Assembly: GCA_031425635.1 (NCBI GenBank)
Contig: JANPJT010000221.1
Coordinates: 559 to 64,558, forward strand
From: Pseudomonadota bacterium
Lineage (GTDB): Bacteria > Bdellovibrionota > FAC87 > UBA2466
DNA: 64,000 nucleotides
Direction: 5' to 3'
Shown here: positions 1 to 9,413 of the stretch, piece by piece
How positions within the stretch are numbered: position 1 is the stretch's first letter
Layout: every line of letters begins with the position of its first letter
Position numbers and translations under genes: made by a program
The notes under the pieces: model-generated
What the model was told of the DNA's origin: nothing
Seen by the model: the letters and a program-made list of their open reading frames with translations, nothing else
Database searches by the model: none

Positions 1-2
1 TG

Positions 3-542
3 ACGGCTTCCTATGACAAAACCGTAAAGCTTTGGGACTCCCAAACTGGCGCTCTCAAAGCGACCCTTCAGGGACACGAAGGCAAAGTTCTGAACGCCCA
101 GTTCTCGCCCGATGGAAAATCGATTGTGACGGGGTCAACCGACTACACCGCCAAGCTATGGGACGCACGAATCGGCGATCCCAAAGCGACGCTTCATGGA
201 CACGCCGCAAACGTTAGATCCGCCCGGTTCTCCCCCGAAGGCAAATCGATTGTGACGGCATCCAACGACAACACCGCCAAAATCTGGGTAGCCGGCGCCA
301 GCGTCTCCGAACGCGCCACGGATTTCATGAGCCGCCTCTACGCGGCCGGCCCAGAAAACACCGAAGCTGCCATTACCGCGCTTAACTCCCCCAACAACCA
401 AACCGAATGGAAAAACCTCATCACCGCTATGAAGAACCACGCCGGCCTCTCCAAAGAAGCCGTACATACTTTGGTGAACAACCACGTCTCCGCAGTACCC
501 ATGCAAGAAGCCCTAAAAACCATCGTCGATACTTTCTATTAG
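3..542 (+). CDS. WD40-repeat protein, C-terminal part (5' end lies outside the window)
   Basis: In-frame translation from nt 3 gives repeated ...DKTVKLWD / TAKLWD / TAKIW units with GH dipeptides ('LQGHEGKVLNAQFSPDGKSIVTGS'), which are typical WD40 blades. The ORF-track entry 126..542 is the same frame. Stop at 540-542. Confidence 0.75.
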   Translation, partial: TASYDKTVKLWDSQTGALKATLQGHEGKVLNAQFSPDGKSIVTGSTDYTAKLWDARIGDPKATLHGHAANVRSARFSPEGKSIVTASNDNTAKIWVAGASVSERATDFMSRLYAAGPENTEAAITALNSPNNQTEWKNLITAMKNHAGLSKEAVHTLVNNHVSAVPMQEALKTIVDTFY

Positions 543-708
543 TTTTTGTCGCGGCGCGCACGCACGACCCACAGCACTCCCTCCCCTGATATAAAAAACC
601 ACTGGTGCGATCACGGCCTTGTGCTAAACTAAATATAAGAGCAAATTTTTTCTTCCTTGCTCTTCTTCAAAAAAATCACCAAAACCCAAAAACAATCAGG
701 TTCCGACT

Positions 709-1392
709 ATGTCTGGAAAAATGGTACGCCTCAATCGGGTGAGTAAAAAGTATTCCCCCGGCCGTGTTGCTCTCCAAGATGTCAGCTTCGATTTGTCCAA
801 AGGCGAATTTGCTTACATTACCGGAGGCAACGGCGCGGGAAAGACGACTCTACTGAAGCTGCTTTTCGCGCAAGAAAAAGCAAGCAACGGCTCCATTGTC
901 GTCAACAACCGAGATCTTTCGGCCCTGGGGAACGGGAAAGTTTACCTCTACCGACGGGAAGTTGGCTTTGTTTTTCAGGACTTTAAGCTGCTCCCTGATT
1001 TGACTGTTTTTGAGAATGTCGCTCTCCCGCTGGAAATCCGACGCATGACGCCTCGGGAAACAGAATTTCGAGTGAAAGGGGTTCTCTCCTTAGTGGGTCT
1101 AGGAGATCGCCTTGAAGACTACCCGCAAATGCTTTCGGGTGGGGAGCAACAGCGAGTTGCGATTGCGCGTTCGATGGTGGGTAAGCCTACTCTGCTCCTT
1201 GCCGACGAGCCGACAGGAAACCTCGATTCCAAAACGGCGCGCGAAATCATGACGCTTTTTAACGAAATCCGAGAAATGGGCACGACCGTTTTGGTGGCGA
1301 CCCACGACGAGACCCTCATGGATGAATTCCCCGCTCGAGTGATTGAGCTGTTCAAAGGGCGGATTGCTTCCGACACTCGAGGGAACACATGA
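709..1392 (+). CDS. ftsE: Cell-division ABC ATPase FtsE
   Basis: Walker A 'GGNGAGKTTLLKLL', ABC signature 'LSGGEQQRVAIARS' and Walker B 'LLLADEPTGNLD'. About 227 aa. Sits directly upstream of, and overlapping, an FtsX-like permease gene. Confidence 0.9.
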   Translation: MSGKMVRLNRVSKKYSPGRVALQDVSFDLSKGEFAYITGGNGAGKTTLLKLLFAQEKASNGSIVVNNRDLSALGNGKVYLYRREVGFVFQDFKLLPDLTVFENVALPLEIRRMTPRETEFRVKGVLSLVGLGDRLEDYPQMLSGGEQQRVAIARSMVGKPTLLLADEPTGNLDSKTAREIMTLFNEIREMGTTVLVATHDETLMDEFPARVIELFKGRIASDTRGNT

Positions 1393-2279
1393 AAGCTCGA
1401 GGCCTAAAGCGCGTCGTAAGCGATTTTCGTAGGCACCCTTGGCTGCACTTTGTGAGCATTGCCACAATCACGGCAGCTCTGACTATCGTAGGGGCTTTTT
1501 TTGTATTCTCTCGAAACATCGAGAAAGTCGCTGAGAAAACGAATCCCCGTGTGACGGGAACGTTGTACCTCAAAGACGGCCTGACAAACGATCAGGTTCG
1601 GGAGCTTCGAGACAAAGTTTTCGCGATGGAGCAAGTCCGCCAAGTGACTTTCAAAGACAAAGACTCGGTGGTGGAAGAAATCCAAAGTTTCCTAGGTGAA
1701 CCATCGCACCGAGAAATGCCTGGAAGCGATGTGTTTCCTGACGTCCTTGAAGTGGAGTTGGACGCTGCCGCAGGATCAGAAACGATTGCATCGGTCCGCA
1801 AGACTTTAGCGTCCATGCCAGGGATTGAAGAGTCTGATTTTTCCGACGGGTGGCTCGTGCAATACAAGAAATTGCGCAGCCTCGGCCAGCTTTTGGGAAT
1901 CCTATTACTGGGCGCACTGATCACAGGGTGCGCTTTTATTATTGCTAATTTCATGGGGATTCGGCACCAGTCCCGCCAAAATGAAATACAGCTCGCAAGA
2001 ATGATGGGAGCGCACCGGAACTTCATCCTGGCCCCTTTTGTGTGGGAAGGGGTCATTGAAGGGATTACGGGAGCCCTCATCTCTGTCATCGTTTTGTATT
2101 TTTTTACGTTTGTCTCTTCGCAAGTCATTGCGCTTGAGTGGGGCTCGCTCCTAGGGGTCAGGCAGCTTGCCTTCTTATCGCTTTCCCAGCTCGCCTGCCT
2201 TTTCACGGTCGGTATCTCCATGGCTTTGATTGGGAGCGTGATGGTCTTTTTTCGATTCCAGGAAAAAACGCTGACATGA
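1389..2279 (+). CDS. ftsX: Cell-division permease-like protein FtsX
   Basis: 296 aa. N-terminal TM helix, a periplasmic domain, then three C-terminal TM helices. ATGA overlap with ftsE. An M23 peptidase (EnvC-like) gene follows. Confidence 0.85.
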   Translation: MKARGLKRVVSDFRRHPWLHFVSIATITAALTIVGAFFVFSRNIEKVAEKTNPRVTGTLYLKDGLTNDQVRELRDKVFAMEQVRQVTFKDKDSVVEEIQSFLGEPSHREMPGSDVFPDVLEVELDAAAGSETIASVRKTLASMPGIEESDFSDGWLVQYKKLRSLGQLLGILLLGALITGCAFIIANFMGIRHQSRQNEIQLARMMGAHRNFILAPFVWEGVIEGITGALISVIVLYFFTFVSSQVIALEWGSLLGVRQLAFLSLSQLACLFTVGISMALIGSVMVFFRFQEKTLT

Positions 2280-3412
2280 AGCTTTTTCTTCTCTTATCCA
2301 TTTTCTCCGGGTGCCTGCTAGCCAGTGAACCAACGCTAGAGCGTGCCAAACAGCTGAAGGCATTTTTATCCACCGAAAAGCCCGTTTTTGAAAAACGAGA
2401 GTCTGAACGCCTCGGCATTTTGGAAGAACTCGACCAAGTAAACCAAAACCAGAACCAAGTCCGAAACCGAATTGCAGAAATCCTAGCCAATCGCCAAGAG
2501 CTTCAAATGGCTTTGGACAATTTGTCGATGGAAGTCGTGAAGCACCGTTCAGTCGAGACTGCGCAACAGAACCGCTTTTACCAACTAATGAAAGTAGTGA
2601 ACAAAATCCGGCGCGATGGCCCGATCCGATTTGCGTTCAGCGGTGGGGATTTGAACGAAGTCGCGAGCCGGGTGCGCGTTTTGTTCCATACGATTCGAAT
2701 GCACTCGCTGATTTCAGACCAAATCAAAGAGCGCTCCCAGCGCCTGAAAGAAAGCGAGCAAAAGCTTTCCGAAGCGCGGGAAGGGGTCCATTTTTTACTG
2801 AAAGAAATGCAAGAACAGGAATCTCTACTCAAAGGGTTCCTTGAAAGAAAAAAACAAGTCTTGGTCCAGCTCACCAAAAAGCAGGATCGCTACCGCTCTG
2901 CGGCGTCCGAATGGGTGCTGGTTTCGAAAGAGTTGAACGAACTTTTTCAAAGCTTGGAAGCGGACCGGGGGCAACCCCGTAGGCCTGCTGTGCAACGCTA
3001 TTCTTTAGGGCTCCCTCTCACTGCAGGAAAGATCGTGCGCACTTTCGGCCGCGATGTCCACCCGAAGTTCGGCACAGTGACTTTCCACAAAGGGGTAGAA
3101 ATTGAGGCGGAGCAAAGCACGCCCGTGCAGGCGGTGCTGGACGGAGTGGTGGAGTTTGAAGGTTGGGTCAGAGGGTTAGGAAACGTCCTGATCCTGAGCC
3201 ACCCGAGCGGCCTCTATTCGCTCCACGCACACTTGCAGAAAGCGCTCTTAGCCCAAGGGGCGCCGGTGAAAAAAGGGGAGCCTATCGGCCTTGTGGGCGA
3301 CACAGGCAATAACGAAAAACCCAGCCTTTATTTTGAGCTGCGCGAAAATGGCAAAGCCGTGGATCCCACACGGTACTTTTCGCAGGCGGCACTCAAATCA
3401 CTCCAGGGCTAG
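2276..3412 (+). CDS. envC: EnvC-like murein hydrolase activator (coiled-coil plus C-terminal M23/LytM peptidase domain)
   Basis: Start chosen at ATG 2276 (MKLFLLLSIFSGCLLA, signal peptide), just after the ftsX stop; the longer ORF from 2138 overlaps ftsX. Long coiled-coil region, then an M23 fold ('HKGVEIEAEQSTPVQAVLDGVV...GLGNVLILSHPSGLYSLHAHL'). ftsEX-envC is a known conserved cluster. Confidence 0.8.
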   Translation: MKLFLLLSIFSGCLLASEPTLERAKQLKAFLSTEKPVFEKRESERLGILEELDQVNQNQNQVRNRIAEILANRQELQMALDNLSMEVVKHRSVETAQQNRFYQLMKVVNKIRRDGPIRFAFSGGDLNEVASRVRVLFHTIRMHSLISDQIKERSQRLKESEQKLSEAREGVHFLLKEMQEQESLLKGFLERKKQVLVQLTKKQDRYRSAASEWVLVSKELNELFQSLEADRGQPRRPAVQRYSLGLPLTAGKIVRTFGRDVHPKFGTVTFHKGVEIEAEQSTPVQAVLDGVVEFEGWVRGLGNVLILSHPSGLYSLHAHLQKALLAQGAPVKKGEPIGLVGDTGNNEKPSLYFELRENGKAVDPTRYFSQAALKSLQG

Positions 3413-3419
3413 GCTGCTT

Positions 3420-6137
3420 TCAGAGAGAACTCAAAACACTTCGGTTCACTTCGAATGTCTCTTGGGCCGACTCGTGGAGCATCGCTTCCGCCGCTTCAAA
3501 GACACCTTCCGCGTCTATCCCGTGCAAGTGGTAAATATCCCAAGTCGTGCCGGATTTAGAAGTCTTCCGAATGGCGAGCGACTTATGCTGCACTCCCACA
3601 ATCGACCCGATATTATCAAGTAAGCCCGGCTCTCCGTCGTGGACCGAAACGATGGGGACCCGGCCGCCTTGCAAAGCAAACCAGTCCCCGAGGGAAGCGA
3701 CTTGATCTCCGCGGCCCGGCACAAAATGCATCGAGCCGTTCACTCCCAGGCCCTGGCGCAAGTGGCGGTACCCTTCGTGGTAAGCGTAATTGCCGAGCAA
3801 GAGGTCGGGGCTCGTGACAACAAAGACGTTGGCACAAATGCCTTTTTCTTCTCGCAACCGATCTGACGCTTTGATCGCTTCAGGAACCAAAGCGCCCATC
3901 GCAAACAAGTGCACGACATTGTCGCCCGGCACGTACTCGCTATAGCCCCGGTAGTCGATGAGCGCGTAGCCGCCTTTTAAAACTTCTTCGCGGACTGTTT
4001 GGAGGATCGACTCATCGGACTGCGTTTCAGCGTCTTCGTTCCCGAAGCTCAACCCTTCTGCCGAAGTTTTAAACCGAGCCTGGCGCTTCAAGCGGGCAAG
4101 GAAATCCTTCTGGGTAATGCCTTTGGTTACGAGGCGCAGGAGGCAAGCTTCTCGGTCGACATTCTCGCCGGTAAAATGGCGGCGCAGGGTATCTGCGAGA
4201 ATCCAGTCGACTTCTTTAGCAAAGCAGGGCTCCCAGGTGATCTGGTTCGGCATCTGGATATCCGATTTCCAGGAATGCTGGGCCCCTTCCGCAGCGAGGG
4301 TCACTCCGCTGGGCGTGCCAATGGTAGCGTAACCAGAGCGCCAGTAGCAATTGTAGTACATTTGATCGAGGGCCCGTTTAATGAAGAAATCGTAAACTGG
4401 CATCGCGGGGTAGAAAGGGATCCCCGTGTAGTGGCCAAACTTCCCAAAGGAACCAGCGGCAGACATGCAGTTGCCTTCGGCGATTTCAAACCGAAGGTGG
4501 CCTGAACGTTCCGAAAGCTGAGGCATCATGTCAGGCGCCTTCTTATCTTTCGAATTGAAAAGCGCTTCAAAATCTTCCTGTTGCGAGCTCCCGAAAAGCT
4601 TCCCGTTCATGTTGGGGCTGGTGTTGGTTGAGCTGCCGACGTCGGGTGCCATCGTGAGAAAGAGTTTGGAGAAAGCATCAAAAGCGTTACCGGCGCTTCC
4701 ACCACCGCCGCGGGCGAGGCGATCTAGTTTCGCCGCGATCTGTCCCCACATCCACTGGGTATGCGCCAGAGGGGAAAGTTTCAAAGCGGTAATGTCGAAG
4801 TCGACGGGCCAAGAAACGCTTTTTGCTTTCTCTTGCCACTGTGCGCGCCGTTTTTCGGCCGCAGCTCGGACTGAATCGATGCCGGGCAATAGGCTCCCTC
4901 GACGTTGCGCAAGAAACGCTTCTTCGGGCGAACCTTTGGAAAACTCCCCGAAAGGATCGGTTGCTTGTGCGCCGACGGTTGGCGCATAGCGATCGAGCTC
5001 TTCGCGCTCGAGCATTGCCGAGTGGTTTCCCGACATTGCTTGGCATTCCAGAGTGAAGCCTTTGATTGTGTACGGCACGAGCAGCGTAGGCTTTTTGCTT
5101 TTTTTAGCTTCGGTAAAAGCTTCGACCAACGTTTCTAAGTCATGACCGGCTAGGTTAAAAAACGCCTCGCGGATTTGTTCGGCCGAGTAATTTTTCATCC
5201 ACGTTTTCAGTTTCGCAGATTTTTTCTCCAAGCGATCGATGATCACTTCGGTTTTCCCGTTGGAGAGGAGCGCTTGAAACTCGAAATCGCTCAGTTCTTC
5301 GTCCAAAACGCGTTTAAATTCCTCGCCCCCTGGGGTGGCGAACAAGCGCTCGCGGATTTTCCCGTGTTTCAGCTTGATGCCGTGCCAGCCATTGGCTTCC
5401 GCCAGCCGGACGATCCGGTCCGCATCGGAACCACCTAACGCTTTTTCATTGGTGATCCGAGTCCCGTCGAGGTTCTGGCGGTTGTAGTCGACAATCCAAA
5501 TCAATCGACGGAGCTCTCGCTCGCCGGCATCGGGCATTGCTTCATGTAAAGAGCCTTCGCGGAATTCAGAGTCGCCCATGAGGCACCAAAAAGTCGGGTC
5601 TTCCTCAATTTCGAACTTGTGGTACCACGCGTAGTCGTAGGCCAGAGCCATGTAGAGCGCGTTGACGGGCGGGATCCCCACGGAACCGGACGGAAAAAAG
5701 CGGTAGCCGTCGGGGTCGGCTTCGGCGTGGTAGGACTGGAAAACAGGGAGCCCTTCCGTCGAGTAATGGCGCAAATGGTTCATGGCGATTTTGCGGCGTT
5801 CGTAAGGCATCCAGCTGCCATCTTTTTCTTTAAGATTGTGCAGCAAGTGGTTGAGCGCATGATCCATCGGGGAGACATGGGGCTTGTGGGCCATGTAATC
5901 TTCGGGTTTTTTCAGGACCAAATGGATAGCGGCAAGGATGTGCTGAGAAGAAGCGCAGGCCGATGGGTGGCCTCCGACCTTGGGCTCGCCCTTTTCGCGC
6001 TCGATCTCGGGGCGGTGGTTTGCCGCGTAGATCATTTCGAGGGCCATGTAGAAAGCGCGTCGAGTGATTTTGTCTAAAAGGGCGTAATCAAGGCGAGGGG
6101 AGCTGTCGGTCTCGGAGGCTTTTTTGGCTGATTTCAT
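3420..6137 (-). CDS. Homodimeric 2-oxoacid dehydrogenase E1 component, AceE family (pyruvate dehydrogenase E1-like)
   Basis: 905 aa. 'GGHPSACASS' aligns with AceE 'GGHMASFQSS'. 'CLMGDSEFREGSLHEA...WIVDYNRQNLDG' aligns with the AceE ThDP/Mg site 'FLGDGEMDEPES...FVINCNLQRLDG', with GDS in place of GDG. No E2 or E3 gene lies adjacent. Confidence 0.7.
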   Translation of the reverse strand: MKSAKKASETDSSPRLDYALLDKITRRAFYMALEMIYAANHRPEIEREKGEPKVGGHPSACASSQHILAAIHLVLKKPEDYMAHKPHVSPMDHALNHLLHNLKEKDGSWMPYERRKIAMNHLRHYSTEGLPVFQSYHAEADPDGYRFFPSGSVGIPPVNALYMALAYDYAWYHKFEIEEDPTFWCLMGDSEFREGSLHEAMPDAGERELRRLIWIVDYNRQNLDGTRITNEKALGGSDADRIVRLAEANGWHGIKLKHGKIRERLFATPGGEEFKRVLDEELSDFEFQALLSNGKTEVIIDRLEKKSAKLKTWMKNYSAEQIREAFFNLAGHDLETLVEAFTEAKKSKKPTLLVPYTIKGFTLECQAMSGNHSAMLEREELDRYAPTVGAQATDPFGEFSKGSPEEAFLAQRRGSLLPGIDSVRAAAEKRRAQWQEKAKSVSWPVDFDITALKLSPLAHTQWMWGQIAAKLDRLARGGGGSAGNAFDAFSKLFLTMAPDVGSSTNTSPNMNGKLFGSSQQEDFEALFNSKDKKAPDMMPQLSERSGHLRFEIAEGNCMSAAGSFGKFGHYTGIPFYPAMPVYDFFIKRALDQMYYNCYWRSGYATIGTPSGVTLAAEGAQHSWKSDIQMPNQITWEPCFAKEVDWILADTLRRHFTGENVDREACLLRLVTKGITQKDFLARLKRQARFKTSAEGLSFGNEDAETQSDESILQTVREEVLKGGYALIDYRGYSEYVPGDNVVHLFAMGALVPEAIKASDRLREEKGICANVFVVTSPDLLLGNYAYHEGYRHLRQGLGVNGSMHFVPGRGDQVASLGDWFALQGGRVPIVSVHDGEPGLLDNIGSIVGVQHKSLAIRKTSKSGTTWDIYHLHGIDAEGVFEAAEAMLHESAQETFEVNRSVLSSL

Positions 6138-6184
6138 GGCCGGGAGTTTAGCCCGGAAAGTCGCTAAATCGCAAGCCTTAGCCG

Positions 6185-6721
6185 CTATTCGCCTTCGTCT
6201 TCGGAGTACTCGGCAAAACGGTTGTATTCTTTGATGTACGAAAACTGAGTGAAGTCCGTAATGCGGTCAACATACAGTTTCCCGAGCAGGTGATCGCACT
6301 CATGCTGGATAACGGTTGCGGCAAAACCTTCTGCGATAAAGTCCTGTTTTTTGCCCTCTTGATCGTAGCTTTTCACAGAAATCTTGTTCGGGCGTTCCAC
6401 AAAACCTCGGAGCCCTGGAAGGCTCAAGCAGCCTTCCCAGTTACCGGCGGTTTCCTCAGAAACGGGCGTGATTTCGGGGTTCACCAGCACTCGGAGCTCG
6501 GTTTTCTTGTCTTTGTCGAAGTCCCAAAGCATCACCACTAGCTGCAAGCTTTCGTGGATCTGGGGGGCAGCTAGGCCTCGGCCGTCGTATTCAAACATCG
6601 TCTCAACCATGTCTTGGATGAGGCTTTGGATTTGAGGGGACCCAATTTCTTTGACCGGGATAGGTTTTGCCACCAGCCGAAGCACTGGATTTCCCATCAC
6701 CGCTACTTTTCTCAAAGCCAT
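6185..6721 (-). CDS. def: Peptide deformylase
   Basis: 178 aa with the three PDF motifs: 'GRGLAAPQI', 'EGCLSLPG' and 'QHECDHLLG'. Confidence 0.9.
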   Translation of the reverse strand: MALRKVAVMGNPVLRLVAKPIPVKEIGSPQIQSLIQDMVETMFEYDGRGLAAPQIHESLQLVVMLWDFDKDKKTELRVLVNPEITPVSEETAGNWEGCLSLPGLRGFVERPNKISVKSYDQEGKKQDFIAEGFAATVIQHECDHLLGKLYVDRITDFTQFSYIKEYNRFAEYSEDEGE

Positions 6722-6728
6722 TTTACCC

Positions 6729-7541
6729 TCAAACGTACGCGTTATTAATCACTTCGCCCAAGCCCCCACCGCCGGGGACGATGTATTGCTTGCCGCTCAG
6801 GCCCCGCTCTTCGTCCCAGCTTGAGCCCGGAATTTCTCCGAGAGAGCTTTTCGGGCCCAGGCCTCGGTCCAACCTTATGGCATAAATTCGAAGTTCAGGG
6901 AATTCCCGAGTCACGGCTTTTAAATACTCCGGCGTCACGATCAAGTGCATGGCGATGAAACGTTTAGCAACCCCGTGGGCCGTGTAGATTTCCATCGCGC
7001 TGCGGATAGTGGAGCCCGTGGCCCCCATGGGGTCCGGAATCACGACGATTTTATCGCCGATCGCGCCACCAATTTTGAGCCCGCCAAGCTGGGTCCCAAT
7101 CACTTGTTCCCCCGCATTGAGTTTGCGGTTGATCGAAATGTGGTCTTGCCGGACGCCTTTCGGCTCTAGCAAGTAGTTGAAAGCGTCAAAGCAAATTTGC
7201 GACGGTACTGTGCCGGCGCGGGCCAAATTGACGCACACTACTTGAGTTTTAGGATCTAAAATCCGCCCTTGGTACTGGCCTTCGGCGTGCGAAACGCTCA
7301 TGCGGCTAGTCAATACAGCGTCGACTTGAGGAAACTCAACATTAGCCACCGTGCGGACCATTTCGCCATAGAGCGTATGGAGCAGCTGGTTCACAAGCGG
7401 CTGTTCGGTCTCCGGGGCACACAACTTTGCAAGACAAGTGAACAAGAAAGGGTTACTCAAAATATGGACGTGGGATCCATAGTGGTGCGGGATCTCGGAC
7501 AGTCGGTACTTTTGGTTCGAATAGTGGGGATCAACTAGCAC
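6729..7541 (-). CDS. upp: Uracil phosphoribosyltransferase (long form)
   Basis: PRPP-binding motif 'VIPDPMGATGST' (compare Upp 'LIVDPMLATGGS') and C-terminal 'YIVPGGGGLGE' (compare 'YIIPGLGDAGD'). N-terminal extension relative to E. coli Upp; the start is uncertain. Confidence 0.7.
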   Translation of the reverse strand: MLVDPHYSNQKYRLSEIPHHYGSHVHILSNPFLFTCLAKLCAPETEQPLVNQLLHTLYGEMVRTVANVEFPQVDAVLTSRMSVSHAEGQYQGRILDPKTQVVCVNLARAGTVPSQICFDAFNYLLEPKGVRQDHISINRKLNAGEQVIGTQLGGLKIGGAIGDKIVVIPDPMGATGSTIRSAMEIYTAHGVAKRFIAMHLIVTPEYLKAVTREFPELRIYAIRLDRGLGPKSSLGEIPGSSWDEERGLSGKQYIVPGGGGLGEVINNAYV

Positions 7542-7618
7542 TGGTGTTGAGGATTAGGCCATTTTGCCTTGACCGTCAAACCGGGTTTTTTTACCCATAC
7601 TACTCAACGGGGTTTTTA

Positions 7619-8191
7619 ATGCAGCTTAGCCTTTGCCTAGATGAATACGTTGTTTTCGATTTGGAAACGACTGGCCTATCGCCTTGGGCGGGGGATGAAA
7701 TCATCGAAATTGGCGCCATGAGAGTTTTCGGGGATCAAGTAGATGAAGAAAACTACTTCCATTCCATGGTGAACCCGAAGCGGCTCATTTCCGCTGAGGC
7801 CTCCAAAATCAACGGCATCACGAACGAAATGGTAGCCGACGCCCCCGTGTTTGATGAAGTTTTTCCAAAATTCCTCGACTTTGTGGGGGGCGCTTATTTA
7901 GTCGCTCAAAACGCGAAGTTCGATATGGGCTTTTTGATGAAGTACATGGTCCAAAAAAAGATCAACCACGCTTTCGAAGTCTACGACACCGTCCACTTTT
8001 CCAAGCGCTGCTTTCCCGAGGAGACGCGCCACAACCTGGATATTATTTGCAAGCGTCTGGGACTTGCGATGGAAGGTGGAGATTTGCGCCACCGATCGAT
8101 TGGAGACGTCCGTTTGACTGCGCGGGCCTTTGTTCAACTCCGAGATCGGCTGGGGGATAAACTCCCACCTCGCGAGAAGTGGACTATCTGA
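7619..8191 (+). CDS. DEDDh 3'-5' exonuclease (DNA polymerase III epsilon-like domain)
   Basis: Exo I motif 'VVFDLETTGL' and 'EIIEIGAM'; Exo II-like 'LVAQNAKFDMGFL'. Start taken at the internal ATG (MQLSLCLDEY...) rather than ORF-track 7544, which would overlap the divergent upp promoter region. Confidence 0.7.
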   Translation: MQLSLCLDEYVVFDLETTGLSPWAGDEIIEIGAMRVFGDQVDEENYFHSMVNPKRLISAEASKINGITNEMVADAPVFDEVFPKFLDFVGGAYLVAQNAKFDMGFLMKYMVQKKINHAFEVYDTVHFSKRCFPEETRHNLDIICKRLGLAMEGGDLRHRSIGDVRLTARAFVQLRDRLGDKLPPREKWTI

Positions 8192-8221
8192 CGGCCGGGA
8201 TGTGCAGGCCGTCCCAACCCC

Positions 8222-8348
8222 CCATTCGTCATTGCGAACCCGAAGGGTGAAGCAACCTTTTAGCTATGATGGAGATAGATTTTTGTCGGTCGATTTGCAC
8301 GGTTTGTAGGTTGCTTCGCCGCTGCGCGACTCGCAATGACGGACGGGG
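8222..8348. repeat. MITE/REP-like palindromic element, copy A. About 127 bp with imperfect terminal inverted repeats of about 35 nt.
   Basis: Termini 'CCATTCGTCATTGCGAACCCGAAGGGTGAAGCAACC' and 'GGTTGCTTCGCCGCTGCGCGACTCGCAATGACGG' are inverted copies of each other. The reverse complement matches the ends of the two elements at 23689-24002. Lies between the convergent 3' ends of the exonuclease and EamA genes. Confidence 0.7.
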
Positions 8349-8419
8349 CGTGCGGGTCCCTACGGATCAAATTACGTTTGGCGCCGCAGGGTTGCCAACC
8401 GAATTTTGGGAACCCCAGA

Positions 8420-9349
8420 CTATTTGCCCACCGGCTTTCTTTTAAGTTTCGCCGCAAATGCGAAAAGTTTTTTAACGGGTATCTGCACGAGTCCAATCCC
8501 ACCCAAGATGAGCGCGCCGCCGAAGACGAGACGCCACTGGAATGCTTCGCCTAGAAACAAGATCCCCAGGCAAAGTCCAATCAACGGGTAGGCAAAGTTA
8601 ATGAGCGTGGTCTGCACCGCCCCCCGCTTGTGGAGAACGTACATGGCACACGAATAAGCGGCAAAGCTGCCAAAAGCGCCGAGCCAGAGCACGGAAACAA
8701 GCTCGACCGAAGTGGAGGGAGCGCGAGTCGCTCCGGAAACCAGTGCGTGGGCCCATACAAAAACACAGGCGGTCCCGTTCATTGCCGCCGCTTGGACGGT
8801 GGGCGGAACATCCATTGGGTAGCGCCGCATGAGGATCGCCGAAATGGCGTAGAGAAAGCTTGCTAGCAACACGGCGCCATACCCAGCGTAGCTCACCGAT
8901 ACCGACGCCGCGGGATTGTAAAACAAGAGAGCAACTCCCAAAAAGCCGATCGAGATCCCCAAAAAAGTCGTCAAAGTCGGTTTTTCCGAAGGAAGAAAGA
9001 GCGGGGTAAGGCCCAGCATGAAAAGCGGCACAGTGGCGTTGAGGATCGATGCAACGCCGCTCTCAATGTGGACTTCGGCCCACGTGATCAGCAAAAAAGG
9101 TAGGTAAGGATTTAAAAAGGCAACCACGGGAAGCACCCAAAGGCGCCGGGGGTTCCAGTGAAACTTCGGCCGTGTAACTGCAAGGTACGCCCCAAAAAAA
9201 GCGCACGCGACAGAGAGTCGGTAGGCGACGAGCGAAAGAGGATCCCAGTTTTCGACCCCCAGCTTGATCCACAGAAACGAAGTTCCCCAAAAAGCCGCTG
9301 CCAGCCAGAAAGCAACCCAAACACGAGCGTTTATTGAAAGAGAGGGCAC
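8420..9349 (-). CDS. EamA/DMT-family transporter (10 TM helices)
   Basis: 309 aa, hydrophobic throughout, with two EamA-like halves ('WGTSFLWIKLG' in the first half, a similar segment in the second). Confidence 0.7.
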   Translation of the reverse strand: MPSLSINARVWVAFWLAAAFWGTSFLWIKLGVENWDPLSLVAYRLSVACAFFGAYLAVTRPKFHWNPRRLWVLPVVAFLNPYLPFLLITWAEVHIESGVASILNATVPLFMLGLTPLFLPSEKPTLTTFLGISIGFLGVALLFYNPAASVSVSYAGYGAVLLASFLYAISAILMRRYPMDVPPTVQAAAMNGTACVFVWAHALVSGATRAPSTSVELVSVLWLGAFGSFAAYSCAMYVLHKRGAVQTTLINFAYPLIGLCLGILFLGEAFQWRLVFGGALILGGIGLVQIPVKKLFAFAAKLKRKPVGK

Positions 9350-9413
9350 CCCGTTGGTCTAGTGGATGCCCCCGTCCTTGTCACTGACTTAGGGTTTTGG
9401 TAACCCTTCTTGC

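Noticed and set aside
540-708. Short hairpin GAGCAA(N12)TTGCTC after the WD40 gene, as a terminator
   Set aside because: The 6-bp AT-containing stem is followed by TTCTTCAAAAAAA rather than a U-run. Too weak to call.
9345-9372. Palindrome GGGCACCCCGTTGGTCTAGTGGATGCCC upstream of mutS, considered as a tRNA fragment or terminator
   Set aside because: No tRNA features (no T-arm GTTCGAATCC-like box, no cloverleaf). It lies at the 5' sides of both flanking genes, so it is not a terminator position. Left unannotated.
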